Source: Parcubacteria group bacterium (GTDB taxonomy: Bacteria > Patescibacteriota > Minisyncoccia > Phycocordibacterales > DATDWN01). Taken from it: a stretch of 64,000 nt of DNA. Numbering within the stretch: position 1 is the stretch's first letter; each line of letters begins with the position of its first letter. The notes under the pieces are model-generated. The model ran no database searches. It was not told the DNA's origin and saw only the letters and a list, made by a program, of their open reading frames with translations. Below are positions 1 through 9,535 of this stretch, one piece after another. The stretch spans positions 4,699-68,698 of the forward strand of contig DAORIV010000003.1 of assembly GCA_035438705.1 (NCBI GenBank). Direction: 5' to 3'. Made by a program: the position numbers and the translations under genes.

Positions 1-725
1 ACTGCAGTTAAAGTGATGTTTGATCCAGCAGATACACTTTCAGAACAGTCTGCTCCACAGTTGATACCTGGGCCTGTGATTCGGCCACCCAAAGATGCTG
101 CGGCATTAACAGTTAATACATATGTCGAAGGAGCTGTAACAGTAACTGTGTTTGAAACTGCATGTTGTACAAGGATGTTGTCATTGTCCCATAGTCTGAA
201 ATTGTAGTTACCAGGTGTTACTGGTGCTGTAAATGTACAACTACCAGAGCTTCTAGATGAACCAGGTACTGTTTGAGTACATGGTGATACACCTTCATAT
301 TTCCAATCTAAGAATGAGTTACCTGTGTTGCCTAATATATACATTCCAATCCAGTCTCTTACAGTAGGTGTTGGTACGTTTGCAAATGTAACTGTTACTG
401 TACCTCCTGGTGCAATTGAAGATGGTGAAGCAGATAGTGTTGGTGCAGGAACAGAAGTTGTTGTAAATGAACTTACTGTAGAGTAACCAGTCCCTGTTGT
501 GTTAGTTGCATATCCTCTGTAGTAGATAGTTGTTCCTGATGGCATACCAGTTCTAGCATGTGTGAATACTCCAGTTGTAAGTCCTGATGCTGGTGTACAG
601 TTGGTTACCGGTGGATTGACTGTTCCCCAACATGTTCCTCGAGCAGATATTGCAGCTGGTACACCTAGTGATGTTACGTTTGCACCAAGTGTTGCACCTG
701 TTGTGGTGATGCCGGAGACTGTTGG
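1..725. repeat. Direct repeat copy 1 (identical to 3947..4671)
   Basis: Compared by eye at offset 3946 with no mismatch found; divergence starts abruptly at 726/4672. Confidence 0.9.
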
Positions 726-2558
726 AGAAACTACTGTTGGTACACCAGTATTCAAGCTAAAGTTAATATCGCTATTAACCCAGTTAGTGTTATTACCAAA
801 TTTATTTTGTACAAATCCAGATATATCGTTATTTGTTAAAGGATTTATAAACGAACTATCAAATCTGACATTGAAAACTGTAGTTCTGGTATTGCCATTA
901 ATAGTGTTTGTACAACTATCCAAATTTAAATATGTATCTCCATATCCAGTCTGTATAGCCGCAACTCCTCCTCCGGTGCAAGACATTTTATTTTTTAATG
1001 CATTCCATCCAGAATATAAGGAATCAAAATACCAAGTAACATAACCTCTATATTGGCCAGAATTACTTCCTTGATAATTTATAAGTGCATACTCATGAGA
1101 AATATTGCCACCACCCCTTGAATCTGTACTATTAACTGTAATCTGATATTGAGTTGAATTATCAGCAAAAACAGTTGGAGAACTTATTGTTACAGTAGGA
1201 CTAGTAGGTGTTGTGATAAGTGCAAAATTAATATCGAAATTCACCCAACCATTCCAATTATTATCAGTGTTTGATGTATACCCAGAAATATCGTTTAGAG
1301 TCCAAGGACCATTTGTTCCAAATAATGGATTAAAACTGACGTTAAATGTAGTTGTTCTGGTGCCCCCATTTACTGTAGTTGAACAACCATGTAACTCGAT
1401 ATAGTCATGACCATATACCGTGTTTCCGCCAGTTGATTGAATAGCCGCATATCCACCGCCCGAACACGACATCGCATCTTTGTTTCCTGCAAAAGAATAA
1501 CTAGCCCATGTTAAATAACCTCTATACTGTCCCGCATTAGTTCCCTGGTGATTAATTAGGGCATATTGTTGATTTATTTTATTTCCACCACCTGAATCAG
1601 ATGCAACAGCTGTTACTGTATATTGAGTTCCATTTGGATTTATATCTGATGAACTTATAGAAATATTATTTACGACTGGCGTTGTTACACCAACAAATGT
1701 AACTCCTGCAGAATAATCTGCATTAAGAGACCCCTCACAGCGTGCTCCTACTCCAAGTGCAGGACAAACGGCTTGCCAATTAAAAGCTCCTCCAAAGATA
1801 TCGTGTACCGCATCTATAGTTACATATGTATTTACTGGAAGTGCAATTACACAAGTTCCCCCCCTACAACTACCTGCATATGTCAGTGGTTGCCCAGCAG
1901 CAGTACTTGTATATCCCAGTGCTGTTCCAGGTCCACTTGCAGTAAACGTTAAAGTTCTAGTTGTACCACCACAACTATTTACTGTACAAGAATTACTACA
2001 AGTTCTTGGGCAACTTCCGTTATTTACTCCTGTATCACATTGCTCCCCTGGGTCAATTGAACCATTGCCACAAGTTGGTGCTGGTGGATTACAATTTATA
2101 AATGTACAACTCAAACTACATCCTCCAGGACAACTACCGTTATTAATTCCTAAGTCACATTGTTCTCCAGCATTAACCACACCATTACCACAATTCGGTG
2201 GCGGAGATGGATAAGTACAACTGCCGTCATCGACACTTGCATTTGGATTATAATTTGTGGCCCCAGGATCTGTACAACCAGAAATAACAACTGGTGGTGC
2301 ACATTCACACCTCTCGCCTGCCCAACAAGTCATAGCATCTCCACCATTTGGGCCAGCGCATTGAATGGTTCCCATATCCTGACAACTTGCTACCCCTGTT
2401 CCACAATTACAACTTATCCCAATATCCAATCCACATGAAGCTTGATTTGCCCCACAACCATTAACTACAGAACATTCAATCGTGTCAGCTACAACAAAAT
2501 TAATATTGAACAAAAAAAATAAAAATAGAAAGGCAATAAAAAATTTATTTTTAAACAT
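1..2558 (-). CDS. Large secreted Cys-rich surface protein, paralog of 3805..6885; the 3' end runs off the window
   Basis: Not in the ORF track. ATG at 2558 gives MFKNKFFIAFLFLFFLFNINFVVA (signal peptide), followed by GCTDPGATNYNPNA and CGNGVVNAGEQCD repeats. In frame with, and 3'-identical to, 3805..6885. Confidence 0.9.
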   Translation of the reverse strand, partial: MFKNKFFIAFLFLFFLFNINFVVADTIECSVVNGCGANQASCGLDIGISCNCGTGVASCQDMGTIQCAGPNGGDAMTCWAGERCECAPPVVISGCTDPGATNYNPNASVDDGSCTYPSPPPNCGNGVVNAGEQCDLGINNGSCPGGCSLSCTFINCNPPAPTCGNGSIDPGEQCDTGVNNGSCPRTCSNSCTVNSCGGTTRTLTFTASGPGTALGYTSTAAGQPLTYAGSCRGGTCVIALPVNTYVTIDAVHDIFGGAFNWQAVCPALGVGARCEGSLNADYSAGVTFVGVTTPVVNNISISSSDINPNGTQYTVTAVASDSGGGNKINQQYALINHQGTNAGQYRGYLTWASYSFAGNKDAMSCSGGGYAAIQSTGGNTVYGHDYIELHGCSTTVNGGTRTTTFNVSFNPLFGTNGPWTLNDISGYTSNTDNNWNGWVNFDINFALITTPTSPTVTISSPTVFADNSTQYQITVNSTDSRGGGNISHEYALINYQGSNSGQYRGYVTWYFDSLYSGWNALKNKMSCTGGGVAAIQTGYGDTYLNLDSCTNTINGNTRTTVFNVRFDSSFINPLTNNDISGFVQNKFGNNTNWVNSDINFSLNTGVPTVVSPTVSGITTTGATLGANVTSLGVPAAISARGTCWGTVNPPVTNCTPASGLTTGVFTHARTGMPSGTTIYYRGYATNTTGTGYSTVSSFTTTSVPAPTLSASPSSIAPGGTVTVTFANVPTPTVRDWIGMYILGNTGNSFLDWKYEGVSPCTQTVPGSSRSSGSCTFTAPVTPGNYNFRLWDNDNILVQHAVSNTVTVTAPSTYVLTVNAAASLGGRITGPGINCGADCSESVSAGSNITLTA

Positions 2559-2620
2559 ATTTACTTAATAATAAAACATATTAATAGTCTAAACAATTTA
2601 CTTATGTGTATAAAAGAGAA

Positions 2621-2653
2621 AAGGCACAGTCGAATTCTATTCAACCGTGCCTT
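2621..2653 (-). terminator. Long-stem terminator of the lipoprotein gene 2663..3145
   Basis: Sense AAGGCACGGTTGAA-TAGAA-TTCGACTGTGCCTT followed by TTCTCTTTT. Confidence 0.75.
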
Positions 2654-2662
2654 CCAATTTCC

Positions 2663-3145
2663 CTAAGGTAGCGGGACGTATGAGATTGACCCATTACCAG
2701 ATACTAGAACTGGTGACCTGTTGGAAACCAGCACATTGTATATGAGACCAGAAACCCTTTCTGGGAACACGATTCTGGTGCCACCAGTCTTTGTCAGAGA
2801 GATGGTGGTTGGTTCCACAGAGGTGAGAGACATCTCGCCACCACTCTGTGTCTGTGTGAAGAGGCCGATATAGATTCGACGCTCTTCTGAATCAGTCAGG
2901 TTTACCTGCACATCCAGGACTGTGCCTTGACGAACATCCATCGGGACCGTTTTGTAAACCCCACCGAATGGGGTGTTGGGAACAAAAGGGTTCAGGGTGA
3001 AGTTGTTGATACTGATTGTCACCGGCTGAGAAACAGTCGGTGTGGAATTTGTGGGAGAAGTTGGACTCTGCAATCCACTCCCACCACATGCAGTACACAG
3101 ATTCGCCAGAAAGGCGACGAGGGCAACGAAAACGAGCTTGCGCAC
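2663..3145 (-). CDS. Predicted lipoprotein (GC-rich, SD-led)
   Basis: GTG at 3145 lies 7 nt after AAGGAGG (3153-3159). MRKLVFVALVAFLANLCTAC-GGSG gives a lipobox-like Cys, followed by an S/P/T linker. Confidence 0.75.
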   Translation of the reverse strand: MRKLVFVALVAFLANLCTACGGSGLQSPTSPTNSTPTVSQPVTISINNFTLNPFVPNTPFGGVYKTVPMDVRQGTVLDVQVNLTDSEERRIYIGLFTQTQSGGEMSLTSVEPTTISLTKTGGTRIVFPERVSGLIYNVLVSNRSPVLVSGNGSISYVPLP

Positions 3146-3246
3146 GACACTGCCTCCTTTCGCCCCTTTGGGCATAAGTCTTCAGGGAACTTCTATCTAT
3201 ATTTAAACCCCAATATACCAAAAAGTCAAACTGCTATCCACAATAA

Positions 3247-3780
3247 CTACTTATTTAGAATTCTTAGGTTAACCTCGGTTTCCCCAGAAACATTGTTTTG
3301 CAAATATACCTTATAAATTGAACTATCATTTTCTGCCATTAGTATTGCACCAATATTTGCTCTAGTTGCTGATGAAGTGGCAAAATTCTCACGCAAAATA
3401 GTGTTTCTCAATGTTATATAAACATTTTTCATATCTTGTTTAATCGTATAATAAATATTTAAGCCTTTAGAACCGTCGTTGTAAGTTTCTTCTTTTATAC
3501 TTAACCCTTCTCCACCATCCAAAATGAAAATATTATTTTCTTCAACAGCTTGGGAATTTAATTCCTTTGTATCTTTAACAACCTTATTTGGGAATGAGAT
3601 TTTTGATTCCAAAATACTTTTAACTTCGTAAGGAGTATTTGTATCTTCATTAGATATTTTTTTTGTTTCATTTATTCTTTTTGCTTTTTCTAGCTCAAGA
3701 AAAACAACGTAGCCTAAAACCATAATTAACAAAACTACACCAATAGTAATAATAATTTTTTTAAATTTTTGTGTCTCCAT
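3247..3780 (-). CDS. Hypothetical protein with N-terminal membrane anchor
   Basis: 177-aa ORF with one N-terminal hydrophobic helix; TATAAT 7 nt before the ATG. Confidence 0.8.
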   Translation of the reverse strand: METQKFKKIIITIGVVLLIMVLGYVVFLELEKAKRINETKKISNEDTNTPYEVKSILESKISFPNKVVKDTKELNSQAVEENNIFILDGGEGLSIKEETYNDGSKGLNIYYTIKQDMKNVYITLRNTILRENFATSSATRANIGAILMAENDSSIYKVYLQNNVSGETEVNLRILNK

Positions 3781-3804
3781 TGTTAAGATTATAACACTTT
3801 AATT

Positions 3805-6800
3805 TTAAAACTCTTTGTATATAAATGATCTCGCAACAAAATTCGCCGTCACACTCGTATCAGCATTCACAGTAATATTACATGTTGTAGATGTTCCTGA
3901 ACATGCACCAGACCACCCTGTGAATTTCCAATATGATGATGAAGGTACTGCAGTTAAAGTGATGTTTGATCCAGCAGATACACTTTCAGAACAGTCTGCT
4001 CCACAGTTGATACCTGGGCCTGTGATTCGGCCACCCAAAGATGCTGCGGCATTAACAGTTAATACATATGTCGAAGGAGCTGTAACAGTAACTGTGTTTG
4101 AAACTGCATGTTGTACAAGGATGTTGTCATTGTCCCATAGTCTGAAATTGTAGTTACCAGGTGTTACTGGTGCTGTAAATGTACAACTACCAGAGCTTCT
4201 AGATGAACCAGGTACTGTTTGAGTACATGGTGATACACCTTCATATTTCCAATCTAAGAATGAGTTACCTGTGTTGCCTAATATATACATTCCAATCCAG
4301 TCTCTTACAGTAGGTGTTGGTACGTTTGCAAATGTAACTGTTACTGTACCTCCTGGTGCAATTGAAGATGGTGAAGCAGATAGTGTTGGTGCAGGAACAG
4401 AAGTTGTTGTAAATGAACTTACTGTAGAGTAACCAGTCCCTGTTGTGTTAGTTGCATATCCTCTGTAGTAGATAGTTGTTCCTGATGGCATACCAGTTCT
4501 AGCATGTGTGAATACTCCAGTTGTAAGTCCTGATGCTGGTGTACAGTTGGTTACCGGTGGATTGACTGTTCCCCAACATGTTCCTCGAGCAGATATTGCA
4601 GCTGGTACACCTAGTGATGTTACGTTTGCACCAAGTGTTGCACCTGTTGTGGTGATGCCGGAGACTGTTGGGGTTGTAACAGTAGGAACAGTTGGAACAA
4701 GAAGATCGAACAATGACCCTTGAATCCAACCACTTGGATGACCAAACAAATTATATACATGGCCAGAAATAACATTACCAGTTGTAGGTGTAGTAAATGA
4801 TGGATCATACCTTACTACAAAATTAACTGTTCTATTGTTACCTGATGTTGATGTTGAACATGAATCAAGATTTACATAACCATGACCAAATCCCGTATTA
4901 CCTCCAGTGGACTGTATCACAGCCCAACCACCCCCAGTACATGCTATATGATTTTTGTCAGATGGCCACCAATCAGTACTACCCCAAGTTAAATATCCTC
5001 TGTATGTTCCTGCGTTTGCACCTTGAATATTTGTAAGTGCATAAACTTGAGAAACATTTGTGCCTGCAGTTGGATCATACGCAACAGCAGTTATGGTGTG
5101 TTGGGTAGAATTGTTTGTTGTCACAGGTGAAGGACTTATTGTTACAGAATTTATGGTCGGCATATTCAATCCGAAATTGATATCAAAATGTTCCCAAGGA
5201 CTATAATTGTTATTTGAGTTATAAGTAATACCGTGAATATCATTATTGGTAACTGTTGTTGAATATGCGGGTTCAAAAACCATTACAAAATTTACTGTTC
5301 TTGAATTAGATGTGTTTGTGGTATTACAACTTATAAGTCTTACATATTGATCTCCATATCCTGCCCAACCTCCAGCAGAAAGAATCGCTCCATAACCCCC
5401 ACCTGTACAAGCCATTGGATTCTTGTGACCAGTAAATGCACTGACTGATGTCCAAGCAAACCAACCCTTATTTATTCCATTTCCATCTCTCAGTAGTGCG
5501 TATTGATATGTTATTTTTGAAGAACCTCCAGTGTCTGCCCCAGTATGTGAAATTGTGTATTGAGTAGTTCCATTTGGAGTAACCATTGGTGAACTTATAG
5601 TCACATTATTTGTTGTTGGGGTTGTAACTCCAGTAAATGTAACCCCTGCACTATAGTTTGCATTAAGCAGGCCTTCACAACGAATGCCAACACCACTAGC
5701 TGGACACAGAGGTGTCCAAACAAATGGACCTCCGGTAGTATCGTGAACAGCGTCAATAGTTACATATGTATTGGTTGGAAGGGGTAGAGAACATGTTGCA
5801 TTTCTACATGAACCTATGTATGTAAGTGGCTGTCCTGCTCCAGTGCTTGAGTACCCCATTGCCGTTCCAGGTCCACTTGCGGTAAAAGTAAGTGTAGATA
5901 TTGTTCCACCACAACTATTTACCGTACATGAATTACTACAAGCCCTAGGACATGAACCATTATTTACACCTGTGTCACATTGCTCTCCAGCTTCAACCAC
6001 ACCATTACCACAACTAGATGATGAGCATGAATTTACCGTACATGAATTACTACAAGCCCTAGGACATGAACCATTATTTACACCTGTGTCACATTGCTCT
6101 CCAGCATTTATAATATTATTACCGCAATTTACTGGAGGCGATACAATAGCGACATTTATTGGTTGTGAATTTACATTTTTTGTTCCATAACCACCATATC
6201 CAGTTGCTTGTAAATTAAAAGTTGCCGTACCGACTGCTGTACCGGTACATGTTGTACCGTTAGTATCACCTGCAACCGATGCTCCATCAGCTATATCACA
6301 GCTGACAGGACCACTATAGCTTAGCACTGAATCACCTGTCCTTTCTGTTGCATTCCATGTTATATCAAACTGTCCACCTACTGCCATTGTTGAATTTGTA
6401 GTGTTAAATCCATTTATGGAAACTTCTCTACCATTCATATTAAAATTCACACTTGCATCTGCGTCATTTACATAAACATCAGCACTGACATAATTAAAAT
6501 TATTTGATGTAGCCCCAATACTTACAGTATTATTTGGTATACTCCCACTTGCATCACCTATATTTCCGGCTCCATTTGCATCAACAACATTCCAACAAGA
6601 ACCTGTCCACATACCTCCACCGCTGTTTATACAGACACTGATACCATACTTTCCCCCAGATGGACCTAGTGCTCCGTGTCCATCATATGTACCAGAAATA
6701 TCTACCGAATATACTTGTTTCTCTGTTCCAAAAGGTGGTGTGTTTATTACTGAAGATGCACTACTTCCATGCCTTGATATTGAAACTGTTTGAGAATATG

Positions 6801-6885
6801 AACCAGTAGATCCATTAACCACTGATTGTGTGAAAAAAAATGTTATAACTATTATTAATACTTTAATAAAATTAATTTTTTTCAT
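3805..6885 (-). CDS. Large secreted surface protein: Myxococcus-type Cys-rich repeats, two copies of a ~150-aa beta domain, FN3/Ig-like modules, C-terminal InlB B-repeat-like domain
   Basis: 1026-aa ORF with a signal peptide, CGN..(N/E)AGEQCD twice, and C-terminal GSNITLTAVP..KFTGWSGAC. Confidence 0.85.
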   Translation of the reverse strand: MKKINFIKVLIIVITFFFTQSVVNGSTGSYSQTVSISRHGSSASSVINTPPFGTEKQVYSVDISGTYDGHGALGPSGGKYGISVCINSGGGMWTGSCWNVVDANGAGNIGDASGSIPNNTVSIGATSNNFNYVSADVYVNDADASVNFNMNGREVSINGFNTTNSTMAVGGQFDITWNATERTGDSVLSYSGPVSCDIADGASVAGDTNGTTCTGTAVGTATFNLQATGYGGYGTKNVNSQPINVAIVSPPVNCGNNIINAGEQCDTGVNNGSCPRACSNSCTVNSCSSSSCGNGVVEAGEQCDTGVNNGSCPRACSNSCTVNSCGGTISTLTFTASGPGTAMGYSSTGAGQPLTYIGSCRNATCSLPLPTNTYVTIDAVHDTTGGPFVWTPLCPASGVGIRCEGLLNANYSAGVTFTGVTTPTTNNVTISSPMVTPNGTTQYTISHTGADTGGSSKITYQYALLRDGNGINKGWFAWTSVSAFTGHKNPMACTGGGYGAILSAGGWAGYGDQYVRLISCNTTNTSNSRTVNFVMVFEPAYSTTVTNNDIHGITYNSNNNYSPWEHFDINFGLNMPTINSVTISPSPVTTNNSTQHTITAVAYDPTAGTNVSQVYALTNIQGANAGTYRGYLTWGSTDWWPSDKNHIACTGGGWAVIQSTGGNTGFGHGYVNLDSCSTSTSGNNRTVNFVVRYDPSFTTPTTGNVISGHVYNLFGHPSGWIQGSLFDLLVPTVPTVTTPTVSGITTTGATLGANVTSLGVPAAISARGTCWGTVNPPVTNCTPASGLTTGVFTHARTGMPSGTTIYYRGYATNTTGTGYSTVSSFTTTSVPAPTLSASPSSIAPGGTVTVTFANVPTPTVRDWIGMYILGNTGNSFLDWKYEGVSPCTQTVPGSSRSSGSCTFTAPVTPGNYNFRLWDNDNILVQHAVSNTVTVTAPSTYVLTVNAAASLGGRITGPGINCGADCSESVSAGSNITLTAVPSSSYWKFTGWSGACSGTSTTCNITVNADTSVTANFVARSFIYKEF
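3947..4671. repeat. Direct repeat copy 2 (identical to 1..725)
   Basis: See copy 1. Confidence 0.9.
5917..6105. repeat. Intragenic tandem duplication: 75-bp identical cores at 5917-5991 and 6031-6105, period 114 bp
   Basis: Encodes AGEQCDTGVNNGSCPRACSNSCTVN twice. Confidence 0.9.
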
Positions 6886-6889
6886 ATTA

Positions 6890-7324
6890 TTAATATTCAG
6901 GGCCTATATATACAACTTCTAAAGCCTTACTCTGAACCCTTCCTAAAAAATTTTTAATTAGAATTGTCTCTACCCCAATAGATATATTCTGTGAATCTTT
7001 TTTTAGTGTTTCAAAATCTACTTCCTGGGTTTTCTTTGGTAAATCCTCAACAACAAACATTTCACCATTTTTTGGCAATACAAAAGAATTCTTGGTAATT
7101 TTGGTATCTTGATCCACTTCTATACCATACTCATACTGTGGCTTGCCTTTTTTTAATTCATCTTCAAAAGCTCCCAATATCAAGATTGAATTATCCCCCA
7201 CCGAAACAACTGAACCCGAAAATTTAATAATCTTTCCACTATCTACTAACCCAGCAATTAAATAAAAAAATACAAATAATATTAATAGAAACAAAATAGA
7301 AATAATTTTTTTCATACTAGACAT
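6890..7324 (-). CDS. Hypothetical membrane-anchored protein
   Basis: 144-aa ORF with an N-terminal TM helix; ends 4 nt upstream of the surface-protein gene. Confidence 0.75.
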   Translation of the reverse strand: MSSMKKIISILFLLILFVFFYLIAGLVDSGKIIKFSGSVVSVGDNSILILGAFEDELKKGKPQYEYGIEVDQDTKITKNSFVLPKNGEMFVVEDLPKKTQEVDFETLKKDSQNISIGVETILIKNFLGRVQSKALEVVYIGPEY

Positions 7325-7378
7325 TGTAGAATAAATATTCTTAATGTATATTTTAGTTTATTTAGAAAAATTGTAAAC

Positions 7379-7420
7379 GAAAAAAGGTGGACAACTAGCA
7401 TATAGCTGTTGCCCACCTTT
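7379..7420 (-). terminator. Long-stem terminator of the lipoprotein gene 7437..8009
   Basis: Sense AAAGGTGGGCAAC...GTTGTCCACCTTTTTTT. Confidence 0.8.
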
Positions 7421-7436
7421 CCCATTAGCTTGTTCA

Positions 7437-8009
7437 CTACTGTGAGTAGCCGACTTCGAAGGAGTGATGTGCCCACAGGACACCCTCACCAGTAGAGGAT
7501 GTTCTCATCTCGACCAGGATGTACTTAAATGGGGGTACCATCATGAACATCCTTCCATCACCGAAGAAATAATCCTTGTCTGGAATGTCGATATAACCAT
7601 TCCCGAACTCAGGACCACTCTTTGACGTGCCATCACTTGATGGATAAATCGAGTAGTTCACACTATTCCCAGTGCGAAGATTGAGATTGTCCATCCGAAT
7701 ACGAATCATCGGAGAAAAACGGACGGTCCCATTCTGAACGACACCAGCTGAAGGACTGAGACTCACGAGCTCCACCACAGCGATGAAATCACGTGACGGA
7801 TCGTGATCCATCTTGGGACGAATCGCTCCAGTTGGAACAGTGAGAGCACCAGAAGGTGGCGGGGTGTTCGAGATGCAGCTGGGCGAGGTCATGAGAACAC
7901 CCTCGCAGTATTGCTTAGAGGTGGAATCGAGACCACCCTCAGCACAACCGATCGTGGTTGTGATACCCGCAAGGGCAAGAGCGACGAAAGCCGAACGAAA
8001 CGACGACAT
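7437..8009 (-). CDS. Predicted lipoprotein (GC-rich, SD-led)
   Basis: MSSFRSAFVALALAGITTTIGC lipobox-like signal; AAAGGGAGG 4 nt upstream of the ATG. Confidence 0.75.
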   Translation of the reverse strand: MSSFRSAFVALALAGITTTIGCAEGGLDSTSKQYCEGVLMTSPSCISNTPPPSGALTVPTGAIRPKMDHDPSRDFIAVVELVSLSPSAGVVQNGTVRFSPMIRIRMDNLNLRTGNSVNYSIYPSSDGTSKSGPEFGNGYIDIPDKDYFFGDGRMFMMVPPFKYILVEMRTSSTGEGVLWAHHSFEVGYSQ

Positions 8010-8084
8010 GGTGCCTCCCTTTGCCCTTATGGGCCGATGGTGGTTTGTGTGACAGAACTTGTGAACAAGTGCAGATCTAAATTA

Positions 8085-8129
8085 AGAATATACTAATATA
8101 AACAAAAATGTCAAGTAGCCTTATCCACA
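8085..8129 (-). promoter_or_regulatory. Sigma70-like promoter with an upstream DnaA-box-like 9-mer
   Basis: TTGACA-N16-TATATT on the minus strand; TTATCCACA at 8121-8129. Confidence 0.55.
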
Positions 8130-8131
8130 CC

Positions 8132-9478
8132 CTATATACCACTTCTAGAAAGTAATGATTTCACAGTCTTTAGAGCAATTTTAATATCTAACCAGAATGA
8201 ACGATTTTTAATATAGTAAATATCGTATGTAAGTTTTTCTTTGGTAAGATTTACCTCTGGACCATGGTGGGGATGTAATTCCTGATGAGTTTGAGCCCAA
8301 CCAGAAAGCCCGGGTTTGATTAAGTGTCTAATGTTGTAGTAAGGAATCTCTTTATCATATATTGCAACACCTGTTGGAAGTTCTGGTCTTGGGCCAATAA
8401 GTGAAATGTCTCCTGCTAAAACATTCCAAAGTTGTGGGAGCTCATCTATACGAGTTTTTCTTAAAAAATTTCCAACACGAGTAACTTTGTTTTCCTTACT
8501 TGAATTCAAATCAACTTCATTTCTACTCATTGATCTAAATTTATACAACTTAATACTCTTTCCATCCTTTCCTACCCTATCCTGAGAAATAAATATCCTA
8601 CCTCCATCATCTACTTTTATTGCAACATATACAAAAGGATAGAAAACCAAAGATAACAAACCTAACACCATAGAAACAGAAATATCCATTAGTCTTTTTA
8701 GAAAATCATAGGTGTAATTCGGAGAAATGGATATGTTTTCTAAAAACCAACTATATGTAACCAAAGAAAGAGGTATCCGATCAAAGATATCTTCATAGAT
8801 TTTGTGTGAATCAATAAATTTTACTTTCGAGAAAATTAGGTTGTATAAGTGCGGCAAAAGTGGAGCGACTTTTTCATTTGAAAAATCTATAGCAACTATT
8901 TTTATATCATTGGAATATACTGGAGTTATAATGTCCTCTAGTACATTTATTGATTCCATGTCATGCACATCAATAGATGACACAAAATTCAAATCATATC
9001 TGTTATTTCCATTTACCTCCAGAAGCAACTCTTTCATTTCATCTCCAGTACCAATAAGAAATGCAGGTTGTTTGTCTTTAGAGCTAATCAAGTTTTTACC
9101 ATACAATCTCCAGAACAAAATACCCCCGAAAGAAATAATCAAATAGATGAACAATATTGTTTTCGGAGTAATGCGAAAAGTAGTAAAAGAATAAAAGAAA
9201 ACAATCGCAATTACACTGTTTACCAACTGTGCATTGAATATAACACTAGGGAGTTTACTTTTCAGTATTAGAGTATGTTTTTCATAAAGTCCAGCTATAA
9301 AATACACCAAAACCCAAACAGCAAATAGTATTGAAAAAGGAATTATGTGTACTGTGAATCTTTCTAATGTTGGGACTTCGGCAAATCTAATATACAAAGA
9401 AAACCACAAAGAAAAAACAAAGAAAAATACATCTCCGAAAAACAAGATTACGGCTTCTTTCTTTGGAAGTATGCTCAT
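8132..9478 (-). CDS. Polyprenyl glycosylphosphotransferase (WcaJ/WbaP-like sugar transferase)
   Basis: N-terminal TM helices; motifs KFRSM, RIDELPQLWNVL.GD.SLIGPRPE, KPGLSGWAQ. Confidence 0.9.
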   Translation of the reverse strand: MSILPKKEAVILFFGDVFFFVFSLWFSLYIRFAEVPTLERFTVHIIPFSILFAVWVLVYFIAGLYEKHTLILKSKLPSVIFNAQLVNSVIAIVFFYSFTTFRITPKTILFIYLIISFGGILFWRLYGKNLISSKDKQPAFLIGTGDEMKELLLEVNGNNRYDLNFVSSIDVHDMESINVLEDIITPVYSNDIKIVAIDFSNEKVAPLLPHLYNLIFSKVKFIDSHKIYEDIFDRIPLSLVTYSWFLENISISPNYTYDFLKRLMDISVSMVLGLLSLVFYPFVYVAIKVDDGGRIFISQDRVGKDGKSIKLYKFRSMSRNEVDLNSSKENKVTRVGNFLRKTRIDELPQLWNVLAGDISLIGPRPELPTGVAIYDKEIPYYNIRHLIKPGLSGWAQTHQELHPHHGPEVNLTKEKLTYDIYYIKNRSFWLDIKIALKTVKSLLSRSGI

Positions 9479-9535
9479 AAAATTATGTATTGAAAACAAT
9501 ATTATGCTAAAATTAATTAATAAGCAAATACTCTA

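Noticed and set aside
1-4671. Diversity-generating retroelement (TR/VR pair)
   Set aside because: The repeat copies show no mismatches, adenine-specific or otherwise, both are coding, and there is no reverse transcriptase in the window.
2621-7420. Integron cassette array (hairpins as attC sites)
   Set aside because: No RYYYAAC/GTTRRRY boxes at the expected positions and no integrase; the hairpins have U-tracts like terminators.
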